In this document: positions 27,987-36,392 of the stretch, in pieces | How positions within the stretch are numbered: position 1 is the first letter of the stretch | How the letters are laid out: each line of letters starts with the position of its first letter | Virus record (IMG/VR): IMGVR_UViG_3300031999_000006 | Location: 1 to 64,000 of that record | DNA from: a virus | Lineage: Duplodnaviria > Caudoviricetes | DNA: 64,000 nucleotides | Strand: one strand, 5' to 3' | Position numbers and translations under genes: made by a program | The notes under the pieces: generated by a model | What the model was told of the DNA's origin: nothing | Databases searched by the model: none | The model's input: only the letters and a program-made list of their open reading frames with translations

Positions 27987-28555
27987 ACTACGAATGCTTC
28001 GTCTATGCTGGTCATCAGGAGTTCTGCGAGGACTCCCCTATTCAATGATTCAGATAACCATTCCCCCTCTGCTTTGTCCGTTATAAAGCCGAGTTCCGTT
28101 AGTACGGCTGGCATCTTCGTTCTCCGAAGGACGGCGAAGTTTGCCTGCTTGATACCACGATCAACCACCGCCTCGCCTTGCTTCTTCAGACCGAAGATCA
28201 GACCCTTCTGAATCAGATCAGCGGCCCTGACCGAAAAGGCAGAAGGAGGAAGGCCGGTGAGGTACCAGGTCTCGATCTCGATACCCGGTTGCTCAACGAA
28301 TCGTGCGTTGTGATGGATGGAGACAAAAAGGTCTGCCCCCCAATCGTTCGCAATCTTACACCGGTCATCCAATGAAACGAAAGCATCCGTTATCCTAGTT
28401 AGTCGGATCTCAAACCTTCCAGTCAGTTCCAACAGGCACTTCAGGCGTCTTGAGATATCCAGCGCAAACGTCTTCTCATAGACACCAGGCAGATCATCAC
28501 TAACCGCTCCAGAATCCACTCCACCATGCCCAGGATCAATTACTAGTTTTTTCAT
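27983..28555 (-). CDS. N-acetylmuramoyl-L-alanine amidase (Amidase_3), endolysin candidate
   Basis: IDPGHGG.D.GA, EK, LTR, FVSIHHN, MPAVLTELGF. Confidence 0.93.
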   Translation of the reverse strand: MKKLVIDPGHGGVDSGAVSDDLPGVYEKTFALDISRRLKCLLELTGRFEIRLTRITDAFVSLDDRCKIANDWGADLFVSIHHNARFVEQPGIEIETWYLTGLPPSAFSVRAADLIQKGLIFGLKKQGEAVVDRGIKQANFAVLRRTKMPAVLTELGFITDKAEGEWLSESLNRGVLAELLMTSIDEAFVV

Positions 28556-28557
28556 TT

Positions 28558-29082
28558 CTACTCCTCATACTTGATCAACTTACCGCCGACGAAGATGCAC
28601 CACTCCCCAGCGAACCCAAGAGCCCGGAGGTTGGCAAGTTCATCCTTGTCAGCTTTGGAAAAGACATACGGGTCAGCATCAACTATCTCGTATGTCTGAT
28701 TGCCTTCGGTAAAGGAGTGCGGCAATTCCTCCTTAAGAAAATGATTGTGCACGATCCGAGTTACATCGCCCAGCGTACGAAGAAACACTACCCGCACTGT
28801 CTGGTTGATGTCTTCCGCAGAGGTTCGGATCTTGACCGGGTGCAGAGAGGTCACCTGATACCACGCACCATCCTTGAATACGACCCGAAGCATCTCATAC
28901 TTCGCGCCCTTATAGACGGTGAAGTCATTCGCGCCCCCTGCCCGTGCAGTCAGAAACAATGGAGACAGAGTCTTGAACACGGCGACCTGCTTCGCCTCCC
29001 CCGACTTCACTCCTGACTGGTACCCCACAATAGCCGCTATGATCATAAAGGCACATAACGCCCCGATAAGTATCTTGTTCAA
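28558..29082 (-). CDS. Membrane-anchored protein with JAB/RadC-like motif
   Basis: N-terminal TM; IVHNH...FSKAD. Confidence 0.45.
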   Translation of the reverse strand: MNKILIGALCAFMIIAAIVGYQSGVKSGEAKQVAVFKTLSPLFLTARAGGANDFTVYKGAKYEMLRVVFKDGAWYQVTSLHPVKIRTSAEDINQTVRVVFLRTLGDVTRIVHNHFLKEELPHSFTEGNQTYEIVDADPYVFSKADKDELANLRALGFAGEWCIFVGGKLIKYEE

Positions 29083-29288
29083 TTCACTCTCCCTATCTTA
29101 CATACAATTGCTGAGATCGGTTCCATACACAGACCGCAGACATATATGTATCCTTGTTCGTTCTGACTTTTCAACTTCAAGACTGCCGCCTCGTGACACT
29201 TTGAGATCAGGATCAATCGTTCAGCAGGAACTCCCGTTGCCTTGACCATCTGATCCTTCAGAACTTCGATCATCTCGTCGACTGTCAT
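29079..29288 (-). CDS. Small zinc-ribbon-like protein
   Basis: SKCH...YVCGLC. Confidence 0.45.
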   Translation of the reverse strand: MTVDEMIEVLKDQMVKATGVPAERLILISKCHEAAVLKLKSQNEQGYIYVCGLCMEPISAIVCKIGRVN

Positions 29289-29436
29289 TGTTCAACTCCG
29301 CGCGTTTGACGAAGTACTTACCCCAGGTGCCGCAGTGGTAACAATGGGCTTCATCCACTGGTCCCTTATGAAGTGCACAATAGGTCGTTCCTTCTTTTGC
29401 CCAACCACAAGTTCGGTAGTCACGATCAGCATTCAT
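29221..29436 (-). CDS. Small Cys-rich hypothetical protein
   Basis: TC...YC...CYHC. Confidence 0.4.
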   Translation of the reverse strand: MNADRDYRTCGWAKEGTTYCALHKGPVDEAHCYHCGTWGKYFVKRAELNNDSRRDDRSSEGSDGQGNGSSC

Positions 29437-29662
29437 TTACGCGTAGTTCATTCCCAGGAACCCCCATGTTAACCCAGGCAACCCAGTCCCAATACTCACT
29501 ACGAATGAATGGTGCGTCAACAGAAATCCACTCCTGCTTGATCCAGGCCCATTCGAACCAACGCCATTCACCATTGAGTTTACGTGGGAACCAAACGAAT
29601 CGGAAGACTAATCGTATTGTCCCGATCTTGGTTCGCTCTCTAAGTTGGTATCGCATGATCAA
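29426..29662 (-). CDS. Trp-rich hypothetical protein
   Basis: FVWFP..L.GEWRWFE. Confidence 0.5.
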   Translation of the reverse strand: MIMRYQLRERTKIGTIRLVFRFVWFPRKLNGEWRWFEWAWIKQEWISVDAPFIRSEYWDWVAWVNMGVPGNELRVNEC

Positions 29663-29901
29663 GCAAACTGAAGATGGGTCGTAGGAATATACCAGCCATA
29701 CCCATCCTTACAAGTCTGCCCGCAATCATGCCCATCAACCGCCACTCTGAACTTCACACCATAGACGGCATGGTCACTATGATCATTGGCATACTTTGCA
29801 TGATCATCACAAATGGTGCCCACCTTGCCTTTAATCGCTGTGTTGCCATCGTAGGCCATGGTCACGAAAACTTTGTCACCATTCACAAACTTTCTTTTCA
29901 T
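29659..29901 (-). CDS. SH3/KOW-like small protein
   Basis: F..GDKV...GTI...YGVKF...GWY. Confidence 0.5.
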   Translation of the reverse strand: MKRKFVNGDKVFVTMAYDGNTAIKGKVGTICDDHAKYANDHSDHAVYGVKFRVAVDGHDCGQTCKDGYGWYIPTTHLQFA

Positions 29902-29904
29902 CTC

Positions 29905-30111
29905 TTACTCCTTCAGTTCGTTAATATCAAACTCGAGAGTCTGCATACAAGCCTCGGCAACCATCCCCACCCATTTTGCTCTTGTCATGGGCAAGGCACC
30001 TTCTCCAGCACCACCATGGGGTTCGTTCAGAAGTGCGTCTTTAACCGTACTTGTAACCCCTCTCACACGAGTTCCAGCTTCCAATAACTCGATCGTGATC
30101 TTAACTCTCAT
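29905..30111 (-). CDS. Hypothetical protein
   Basis: AAGGAG RBS before MRVKIT; 68 aa. Confidence 0.5.
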   Translation of the reverse strand: MRVKITIELLEAGTRVRGVTSTVKDALLNEPHGGAGEGALPMTRAKWVGMVAEACMQTLEFDINELKE

Positions 30112-30138
30112 CTCATACTCCTTATAAGGTATTTCGGA

Positions 30139-30451
30139 GAGGCAGGGTATCCAGCTTGCGATCGTACCTATGGTCACCTTGCCTCATACGATCAAAAGAA
30201 AAAGTGGGGTCCGAACCTATCCGGACTACGTGAGGACCGAAAGGAAGCGGCCCCCATTGAGGTCCGGACCCCTCTGGGCTTTTACCGCACCAGGAAACCT
30301 CCTGGCTCACCACACCCAGCGATGATGCCACAACAATATAATTACCACGACACCCATCTCCCCATTGCTGAGAAGTGGCCGCAGATGCGTGGCAGAATAA
30401 CCCACTCCGTACTCCCCAGCGGTTCGGAGATTCGCGACGTAAGAATGGGTT
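30139..30451 (-). ncRNA. Candidate structured non-coding RNA (five consecutive complex hairpins)
   Basis: Largest gap between credible genes. Stems close with G-U pairs on the minus strand; GCAA tetraloop; U-tract after hairpin 4. Confidence 0.55.
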
Positions 30452-30459
30452 TATATACA

Positions 30460-30765
30460 TCAGTGTTTCTTTCTTAACTTACGAACTTCATCGGCATACC
30501 GGACAGTGATCTCCTTCAACTCCTCCACCTCTTTGGTCATACGGTTGAGTTGATTGATGAAGGGAGACATTGCTCCGGTCAGGATCATCATAAGATCCGG
30601 GAAGGTCAGGACGACTTCAACCTTCTCAGTCACTTCCTGTGCTTGCTGATCAAGACTCTTGAAGGACGACTGGGCCGAAGTTGGATAATTCTTACTCCTC
30701 AGTCGTTCCATCCGAGCCTTAAGATCAGCCTGACGATCAGTCAGCGGTCTTTTCTTTTCTTTCAC
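30460..30765 (-). CDS. Coiled-coil hypothetical protein
   Basis: 101 aa, overlap-coupled. Confidence 0.55.
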   Translation of the reverse strand: MKEKKRPLTDRQADLKARMERLRSKNYPTSAQSSFKSLDQQAQEVTEKVEVVLTFPDLMMILTGAMSPFINQLNRMTKEVEELKEITVRYADEVRKLRKKH

Positions 30766-31010
30766 TGGTGAATCCTTTCTCGTTGGACTTCAATGCCTAT
30801 AGGTCCCAGATCGGTCAGACCACTGCCTCTGATCTCATAGTAACGATACGATCGACTGCAGTGGATATCTTGCTGTTCCTTCGCCCAGGCCATTGCTAAG
30901 CGGTGTGTCTCATGCACTCGTGTCCTGATCACCGACGCCTCAAGACCCATTGGTCCAAGATGTTGGTTGTTAAGAATAGTGACACGATAGACCCACTTAC
31001 CATTGCTCAC
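30762..31010 (-). CDS. Hypothetical protein
   Basis: AGGAGG RBS, GTG start. Confidence 0.55.
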   Translation of the reverse strand: MSNGKWVYRVTILNNQHLGPMGLEASVIRTRVHETHRLAMAWAKEQQDIHCSRSYRYYEIRGSGLTDLGPIGIEVQRERIHQ

Positions 31011-31203
31011 TTATACTCCTCCTTCATCCCCAACCGCATCCATCATCAGGAGTATCTAGTGCCATACTCAGGCATTTCCAAATCCATTGAAGAAACCGCT
31101 TGACCATGTTCACTCCGCATAGATAAAAACGGAAGCCGTGTTGAAGGCGGGCCAGATTGTCTGGATGCCATGGGCCGCAGTTAAAAGACGGGCGAAGGAG
31201 GCT

Positions 31204-31614
31204 TTACGATACGGGCGGCAACTTCGGCATCTCATTAATCTTCTCCAACACGGCTTCCTCGATTGGTTTGAAGCTCAGCGGTTTGATCGGAGTATTCCCT
31301 GCAAGTAACCCCCAACCAAAGTCCACAATAGGACCCGACAGGAGGACTTGATCATCGTCCAGACTAGGACCGACGTGATAGTTGAAAGGAATCCTCAACC
31401 AGTTTCCCCACGCCATGGTGCCTCTTGCCTTTTCAATACAAAAGGCCAGCATGAAGGTAACCGGAGGCATATAGATATCGGTGACGAAGGGCACATGGAA
31501 AAGTTCAAAAGCTTTCTGATACCACTTCGCTCTTGCCTCTTTCATCTCTTGATAGATTTCCCAGAGAGGCTTCCGATGTATCACTACTTCTTGTTCCTCT
31601 GTAAAGTATCGCAT
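31204..31614 (-). CDS. Hypothetical protein
   Basis: First ORF after promoter; GAGG RBS. Confidence 0.55.
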   Translation of the reverse strand: MRYFTEEQEVVIHRKPLWEIYQEMKEARAKWYQKAFELFHVPFVTDIYMPPVTFMLAFCIEKARGTMAWGNWLRIPFNYHVGPSLDDDQVLLSGPIVDFGWGLLAGNTPIKPLSFKPIEEAVLEKINEMPKLPPVS

Positions 31615-31630
31615 CGCATCCTCTGTTTAT

Positions 31631-31659
31631 ATTATAAGAGACTCACCCCACGAAATCAA
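31631..31659 (-). promoter_or_regulatory. Sigma70-type promoter at start of accessory block
   Basis: TTGATT-N17-TATAAT. Confidence 0.65.
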
Positions 31660-31873
31660 GCATTTTTTCTGGGGCGTTTGTTGGGCCAGGATTGTATTGG
31701 AATCCGGTACGCTCACATTGTATCGAAGCTGAAAGGTTCTCCTCCTTTTGATCATAAGGAATCGAAATCTTACAATCTCGTTTGCACTTCGAACACATCC
31801 GTAGGTACTTGCGCTCACCGCCTAAGATGGGATCCCAAAACCGACGAATGGGTCTACTCATTTCTTTACCCAT
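31643..31873 (-). CDS. Small Cys-containing hypothetical protein
   Basis: CSKC..DC...QC. Confidence 0.45.
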   Translation of the reverse strand: MGKEMSRPIRRFWDPILGGERKYLRMCSKCKRDCKISIPYDQKEENLSASIQCERTGFQYNPGPTNAPEKMLDFVG

Positions 31874-32061
31874 CCAGTAGGTGTCTCAGCATAGAGTTCT
31901 CGGAACTTGATCATGGCAACCTCATGAGGAATGACTGAATCTGTGTCAAGCGCATCTCCATAAAACTTCAGATAAACATCGAACCATTCCTGATGGTCAA
32001 AGAAGATTGACTTCAACAGAAGGCGCCTTGTCTTTGGACTCAAAGTGAAGATGGTTCCCAT
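31858..32061 (-). CDS. Hypothetical protein
   Basis: AGGAG RBS; TAATG overlap with MuF-like gene. Confidence 0.55.
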   Translation of the reverse strand: MGTIFTLSPKTRRLLLKSIFFDHQEWFDVYLKFYGDALDTDSVIPHEVAMIKFRELYAETPTGWVKK

Positions 32062-33782
32062 TAGATTTCTCCTATACTCTGTAAGTTAGTTACCACGACT
32101 TGACTCTTGTCAAAAACAACTAACCAACCCTCACTGGTAACCTCAAAAGCATCATAACCCTTAGACTTAAAATAGGCAACCGGATCATTTACTCCATCAG
32201 GAGTCTGTTTTGCAAGGTCAAAAATACTTTTGATCTTTAATGGCTTCTTAACATTTACTTGAACTGTCAACCGCGTAGTTACATGCTGACGATTGATATT
32301 AGTACCATCAGGTGAGTTTGTCACGTAGATGCCTTTACCATAGATACCGTCCGCAAGATTGAATCCAGAGGTGACAATCAAAGGTCCTGCCTTATCACCA
32401 GTGAAGTGATAAAACTTCTTCCCTTCGTAAACAGAACCACTTGCCCAGACTGTGGCAGAAGTATCGGACATCTTTGGCATCCAACCTGCAGTAATGGATG
32501 GAGGACCCATCGTCGGAGCACTTGTAGGTGGTTGGGGTATAGTAATCTTCATTCCCACTACAATATCTGTTCTATCATCAACCTTATAGTTAGTTCCTTT
32601 GGCCGTCTTTACATACGCCGCGGTTCCTCGAACCTCCACTACTCCAGTAGTCCAGAAGTTACCTCGTACAAGAATAACTTCCTGCCCTGTCTTTAGTATC
32701 TCATACGGAATGACTCCGACTGGGCCTTTGCCCACTGCAGTCTCCAAAGCCTTCTGCAGTTGAAAGACGGATACTGTCGGGGTGACTCGAACTTTTGCTG
32801 ATCCCGCCTTCTGAATGATCTGGGCATTGAGATCACGACGGAGGGCAATCCACTCCTTCGCCTCAGGCGTTCCATGAGTCACCGTGATCATCTGCCGAGC
32901 CTTATACATCTGCTGGTACAGGTCCTCAATATCCTTTGATAACTGCCCAACCATCGTCTCACCGCCTCGTGTCACCTGAGCCCACCGACCAGGCACTTCC
33001 ATCGCCTTTGGTGTACCGGAGCCTGGTGTGTATGGATTGAAACTCTGCCCAGTGGGTGCCGAGGCTTGCTTCGGGACGATCTCGAGTTCACACTTACAAT
33101 TGAATAGACAAGGAGTATCACCCGCCCGGGGGGTGGTGGGCAACGTCTTCCATGTATAAACCTTCGAGGCCAGGACGGGGCAGAGATCGCAATGTTCCTC
33201 GACCGCCTCTGACATCACCCAGTGAATCTCAACATTGTCACCTGCACCATTGACCATACCATTGAAGAATTGCGTCTTGCCCGAATCCGCATAGAACCCA
33301 GCTCGTTGCTGAAAAGAGAATCTCGGTTTAAAGTCTGGGTTCTTAATATCCATCAGAAACTTCCTGAGAAACTTTCCCTCGAAGTTCCTTGCCTTTTGAA
33401 TGAACGATAGATCCCGCTTAGTCAATCCAATGGCAGGATCATTATAGTAGGGATTGCCCATGGCGACAGCGCCTGCCTTAAACAAGGTCTGGTAATGCCC
33501 ACTGGTTACCGACTTGAACTTTGCGATGGCGCCAGCATAGTCCAACGATCCCCTCTGATAATCCGAGATCAGAGACATCATGTCAGTTTTGAAGGTTGCC
33601 ATCGTCTGGGTGTAAAGTTCCATACCCTTCTTCATCAGTTCCTTATTGGCAATTCCCAAATTGGCAAACATAGTTGTCTGCCCCCACATTAGCTGATCAC
33701 GAGCAGTTGCACCACTGATCGCCTTATCCGACTCCTCGAGTCGATCTATGATATAGTTGATATTCTCTAGTGTGAGAAACAT
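32061..33782 (-). CDS. Head morphogenesis (MuF/SPP1 gp7-like) protein with C-terminal ADP-ribosyltransferase-like domain
   Basis: Follows portal. W...CDLC...P.AG...CLFNCKC (MuF-like); FYHFT...GF...YGKGIYVT...GYDA...VVF..SQV (ART-like). Confidence 0.7.
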   Translation of the reverse strand: MFLTLENINYIIDRLEESDKAISGATARDQLMWGQTTMFANLGIANKELMKKGMELYTQTMATFKTDMMSLISDYQRGSLDYAGAIAKFKSVTSGHYQTLFKAGAVAMGNPYYNDPAIGLTKRDLSFIQKARNFEGKFLRKFLMDIKNPDFKPRFSFQQRAGFYADSGKTQFFNGMVNGAGDNVEIHWVMSEAVEEHCDLCPVLASKVYTWKTLPTTPRAGDTPCLFNCKCELEIVPKQASAPTGQSFNPYTPGSGTPKAMEVPGRWAQVTRGGETMVGQLSKDIEDLYQQMYKARQMITVTHGTPEAKEWIALRRDLNAQIIQKAGSAKVRVTPTVSVFQLQKALETAVGKGPVGVIPYEILKTGQEVILVRGNFWTTGVVEVRGTAAYVKTAKGTNYKVDDRTDIVVGMKITIPQPPTSAPTMGPPSITAGWMPKMSDTSATVWASGSVYEGKKFYHFTGDKAGPLIVTSGFNLADGIYGKGIYVTNSPDGTNINRQHVTTRLTVQVNVKKPLKIKSIFDLAKQTPDGVNDPVAYFKSKGYDAFEVTSEGWLVVFDKSQVVVTNLQSIGEI

Positions 33783-33786
33783 CGGC

Positions 33787-35391
33787 CTAATCCTTCTTGA
33801 TCAAAGCATCCTTACGATCAATACCAACCTTCCTCTTTCCAGCAATAAGTGTATCTCGCATAGCACGTGCGGCGACGAGGTCCTTCAAGTCATGAAGCAT
33901 GGCCCGAACCTCTGGATCCTTACGAACTAAGGCGGCCAACTGAGGAGGAATCTGAACCGCTCCCATACCCATGTCACCATCACCGCCATCCCCACCATCA
34001 CCATCCGTCATGGCGGCATACTTCTGAATCTCATCATCATCGAATCCCAGGAGTTCCTTCATGATGTACAGGTTATTGACAACCCCAACATCAACCGCCA
34101 GGATCTTGGCGATGCTGGCCTTGATCGCCAGGATCTCCCACTTGATCATCTCATCCGTGGTCGCCAATTCTGGGAAGACTATCTCCCACTTGAATGAATC
34201 AGGATCTTTTCCTGAAAGGATGAATATCAACTTGTAATACTGACGCAGTCCAGGAATGAGTGACTGCTGACGCCGCCGTACCTGGCGAGCAAACTGAACG
34301 TCAATCTGTCCCAGAGTTGCCTTCGCATTGACGCCCTCCTCCAGCGCAACATACGCCTTCGGTGTCGTAGTCGCCATGAGGAACTTACTCTGAAGATACT
34401 CAACGTCTCGGATGTTACCAATGTTTGTATCCCCAGATAGTGGCTTCACGTCCGCCTTCGAACCATCACCCACCGGGATGCCTACGTCTTCATCAGGAAG
34501 TAACGGAGCATCCATCACCGTCGTCCGTCCTGTCGTTTTATCAGTAATGGAACGCTGAGTCCGGAGTCTGGTCATGAACTTCTCAACGAAGGTCAGGGCC
34601 TCATCAGGGCCCAACTTTCCTGTGTCCACGAAATATGCGAATCGTTGCCACGCACGGCTAAGTCGAGCCAACACCAACGCCTCATCAACCCAGATCAACT
34701 GACGACCGATCCTCAAGGCCGCGTTGGCAAACAACGAATAATCAACCCCGTAGATATCATTACCGATCTTAAAGTGAATGATCCTCCACCAATCAAAAGG
34801 AATCGGCAGGGTGGTTCCCGCAACTACCTGGGCATAAGGAAACTTCGGATCTTTCCAGGCGCCACGTTCATCAACAACGGCAATCATTTCTTTGGTCGGA
34901 AGCATCTTCAGTTTTTCCAACCGTAACTCTTCACCAGGATCCTTGCCGATGACCACTTCACCAAAGACATCACCATCTCGGTTCAGGGCCCTGGCAATAC
35001 TCCAGATCATGTCTTTGATCAAGGTACGATCTTCAGCATCCTCAACGATCTCCTCCAACTCATCAATATTGGATTCGTCTTCGTCAATCATGACATAGTA
35101 ACTATCATCACCGCCCACTGTCCCAGAGACCACATTGTCGGCGTAGACATTGAGAGACGCGGCCGCTTCCGCCAGATTCTTATCCAGATAGTTATACTGG
35201 TCATACTTGTCCGAACGGGAACCGGATATCCCCATCAAATCCGAATACTGATCTCGCCAGGTTCTTAACAAAGAGGAGAATCCAAGACTCACATCAGGTC
35301 GAAGTTCAGTCGAGAACTTAGAATCGGTAGGACCGAAAAAGAAACGGGCAAGCCCCTTCCTCACTGTGTCTACGAATTTATCTTCAGCCAT
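33787..35391 (-). CDS. Portal protein (T4 gp20-like)
   Basis: RDGDVF, IIHF, DEAL...RLSRA..R..YFVDTGKL, L.G...G.IRDVEYLQ.K, D..FAR; start MAEDKF. Confidence 0.88.
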   Translation of the reverse strand: MAEDKFVDTVRKGLARFFFGPTDSKFSTELRPDVSLGFSSLLRTWRDQYSDLMGISGSRSDKYDQYNYLDKNLAEAAASLNVYADNVVSGTVGGDDSYYVMIDEDESNIDELEEIVEDAEDRTLIKDMIWSIARALNRDGDVFGEVVIGKDPGEELRLEKLKMLPTKEMIAVVDERGAWKDPKFPYAQVVAGTTLPIPFDWWRIIHFKIGNDIYGVDYSLFANAALRIGRQLIWVDEALVLARLSRAWQRFAYFVDTGKLGPDEALTFVEKFMTRLRTQRSITDKTTGRTTVMDAPLLPDEDVGIPVGDGSKADVKPLSGDTNIGNIRDVEYLQSKFLMATTTPKAYVALEEGVNAKATLGQIDVQFARQVRRRQQSLIPGLRQYYKLIFILSGKDPDSFKWEIVFPELATTDEMIKWEILAIKASIAKILAVDVGVVNNLYIMKELLGFDDDEIQKYAAMTDGDGGDGGDGDMGMGAVQIPPQLAALVRKDPEVRAMLHDLKDLVAARAMRDTLIAGKRKVGIDRKDALIKKD

Positions 35392-35812
35392 TGTCTCTTC
35401 CTTCTGACATAATTGCGTTCTCCCCGAAGTACCGGACGAGATCGTCAATTGAATAAAACACTGGTATACCAAGCTCTTTTGCCAGGCCCAGTTCTCCCCT
35501 TACCCCCAAGGATGTGTCCCATCCTGATAACAACAGAATCGCATCGGCAACTACCAACCACGACAGGTCACACGTTTGCATAGTTACTCCTGTGGGCAGG
35601 ACGGTATCAGTCGGTCGTGCAATCCAATACATGAAGTCTACGAAAGGACAGTACGGTGCGAATCCTTTAGCAATAAGTTCAGTCGCCGCAGTTATTCCCT
35701 GCCGAACATTATCCAGATATTCGGCCACCTGATTGTGTCCACCATTCTCTGAAGGAGATAGACGCCCAGTTGGTGTAATAGGTCCTGCTATAAAGACTCT
35801 TACTTTTCTCAT
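35384..35812 (-). CDS. Nucleoside 2-deoxyribosyltransferase-like protein (DUF4406/DUF1937)
   Basis: VFIAGPIT, ADAILLL.GW..S.G...E...A...GIPV. Confidence 0.75.
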   Translation of the reverse strand: MRKVRVFIAGPITPTGRLSPSENGGHNQVAEYLDNVRQGITAATELIAKGFAPYCPFVDFMYWIARPTDTVLPTGVTMQTCDLSWLVVADAILLLSGWDTSLGVRGELGLAKELGIPVFYSIDDLVRYFGENAIMSEGRDNG

Positions 35813-36087
35813 GGTTTCACTCCACACTTACGTAGTGCCTTTTTCAATGGTGTTCCAAATAGATCGAAGTGGGGTTGGTAATGCTTATGGTGCAACCACT
35901 CAGTTTTCAGACCGAGTTCCCGCATCACCTGACCCAACTGAGTCAACGAAAGTCCACCAATCATCAAGTGCATCGTTTCTTTGCCTTTGTATTGCACCAC
36001 ATTAGGATAGACAGCAATGTTTCCCATTCGTACCCAGGCTCGTGCCTCTCGGTACTTACCAAAGGGAAAGAATCGCCATTCCATCAT
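35809..36087 (-). CDS. DUF4031-like protein
   Basis: HL...LGLK.EW...PHFDL. Confidence 0.55.
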   Translation of the reverse strand: MMEWRFFPFGKYREARAWVRMGNIAVYPNVVQYKGKETMHLMIGGLSLTQLGQVMRELGLKTEWLHHKHYQPHFDLFGTPLKKALRKCGVKP

Positions 36088-36390
36088 CTATCTCCTCTTC
36101 CTTCGTTTAACAGCAAATGTAAGGATGATCGTAACGAAGGGACTGAACGGCCCCAGGATCTTCCCCCACTCTACTAACTCCGTCTTTAACTTTTCATAGA
36201 ATGTTGGCGGAGGAGGTGGGGTAGCTGGAGTGTAATGCTCAGGTGGAAGAACATACTCAGGAAGAGCCTTTGAGAGTTTATACATCTCAGCGAATTGTGG
36301 AGTTGCAGGTACCAGTGTTGGCTTCACCCAAAACCAGCCTACCAGGGCCAATGTCAAGATGATAAGAACCCAAACAATGATGTCGCGCAT
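36088..36390 (-). CDS. Two-TM membrane protein with Pro-rich loop
   Basis: Hydrophobic N- and C-termini; PPPPP; KRRKRR tail. Confidence 0.6.
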   Translation of the reverse strand: MRDIIVWVLIILTLALVGWFWVKPTLVPATPQFAEMYKLSKALPEYVLPPEHYTPATPPPPPTFYEKLKTELVEWGKILGPFSPFVTIILTFAVKRRKRR

Positions 36391-36392
36391 CT

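Noticed and set aside
30230-30251. Plus-strand GTGAGGACCGAAAGGAAGCGGC resembles SRP RNA helix 8 (GUCAGGUCCGGAAGGAAGCAGC)
   Set aside because: The conserved CAGG/AGCA loop bases are altered, and flanking stems have A-C mismatches on plus but G-U pairs on minus, favouring a minus-strand RNA.
30206-30260. GGGGGCC...UCACGU resembles an HDV/CPEB3-like ribozyme
   Set aside because: I could not form P3 or the P1 3' strand in the required order.
30122-30460. 112-aa minus-strand ORF
   Set aside because: No clear RBS, atypical composition, coincides with dense hairpins and an internal U-tract; cannot be fully excluded given its TGATG overlap.
31110-31203. Intergenic stretch as a possible second tRNA or ncRNA
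   Set aside because: Only a short CCAGA/UCUGG hairpin found; no cloverleaf or T-loop.
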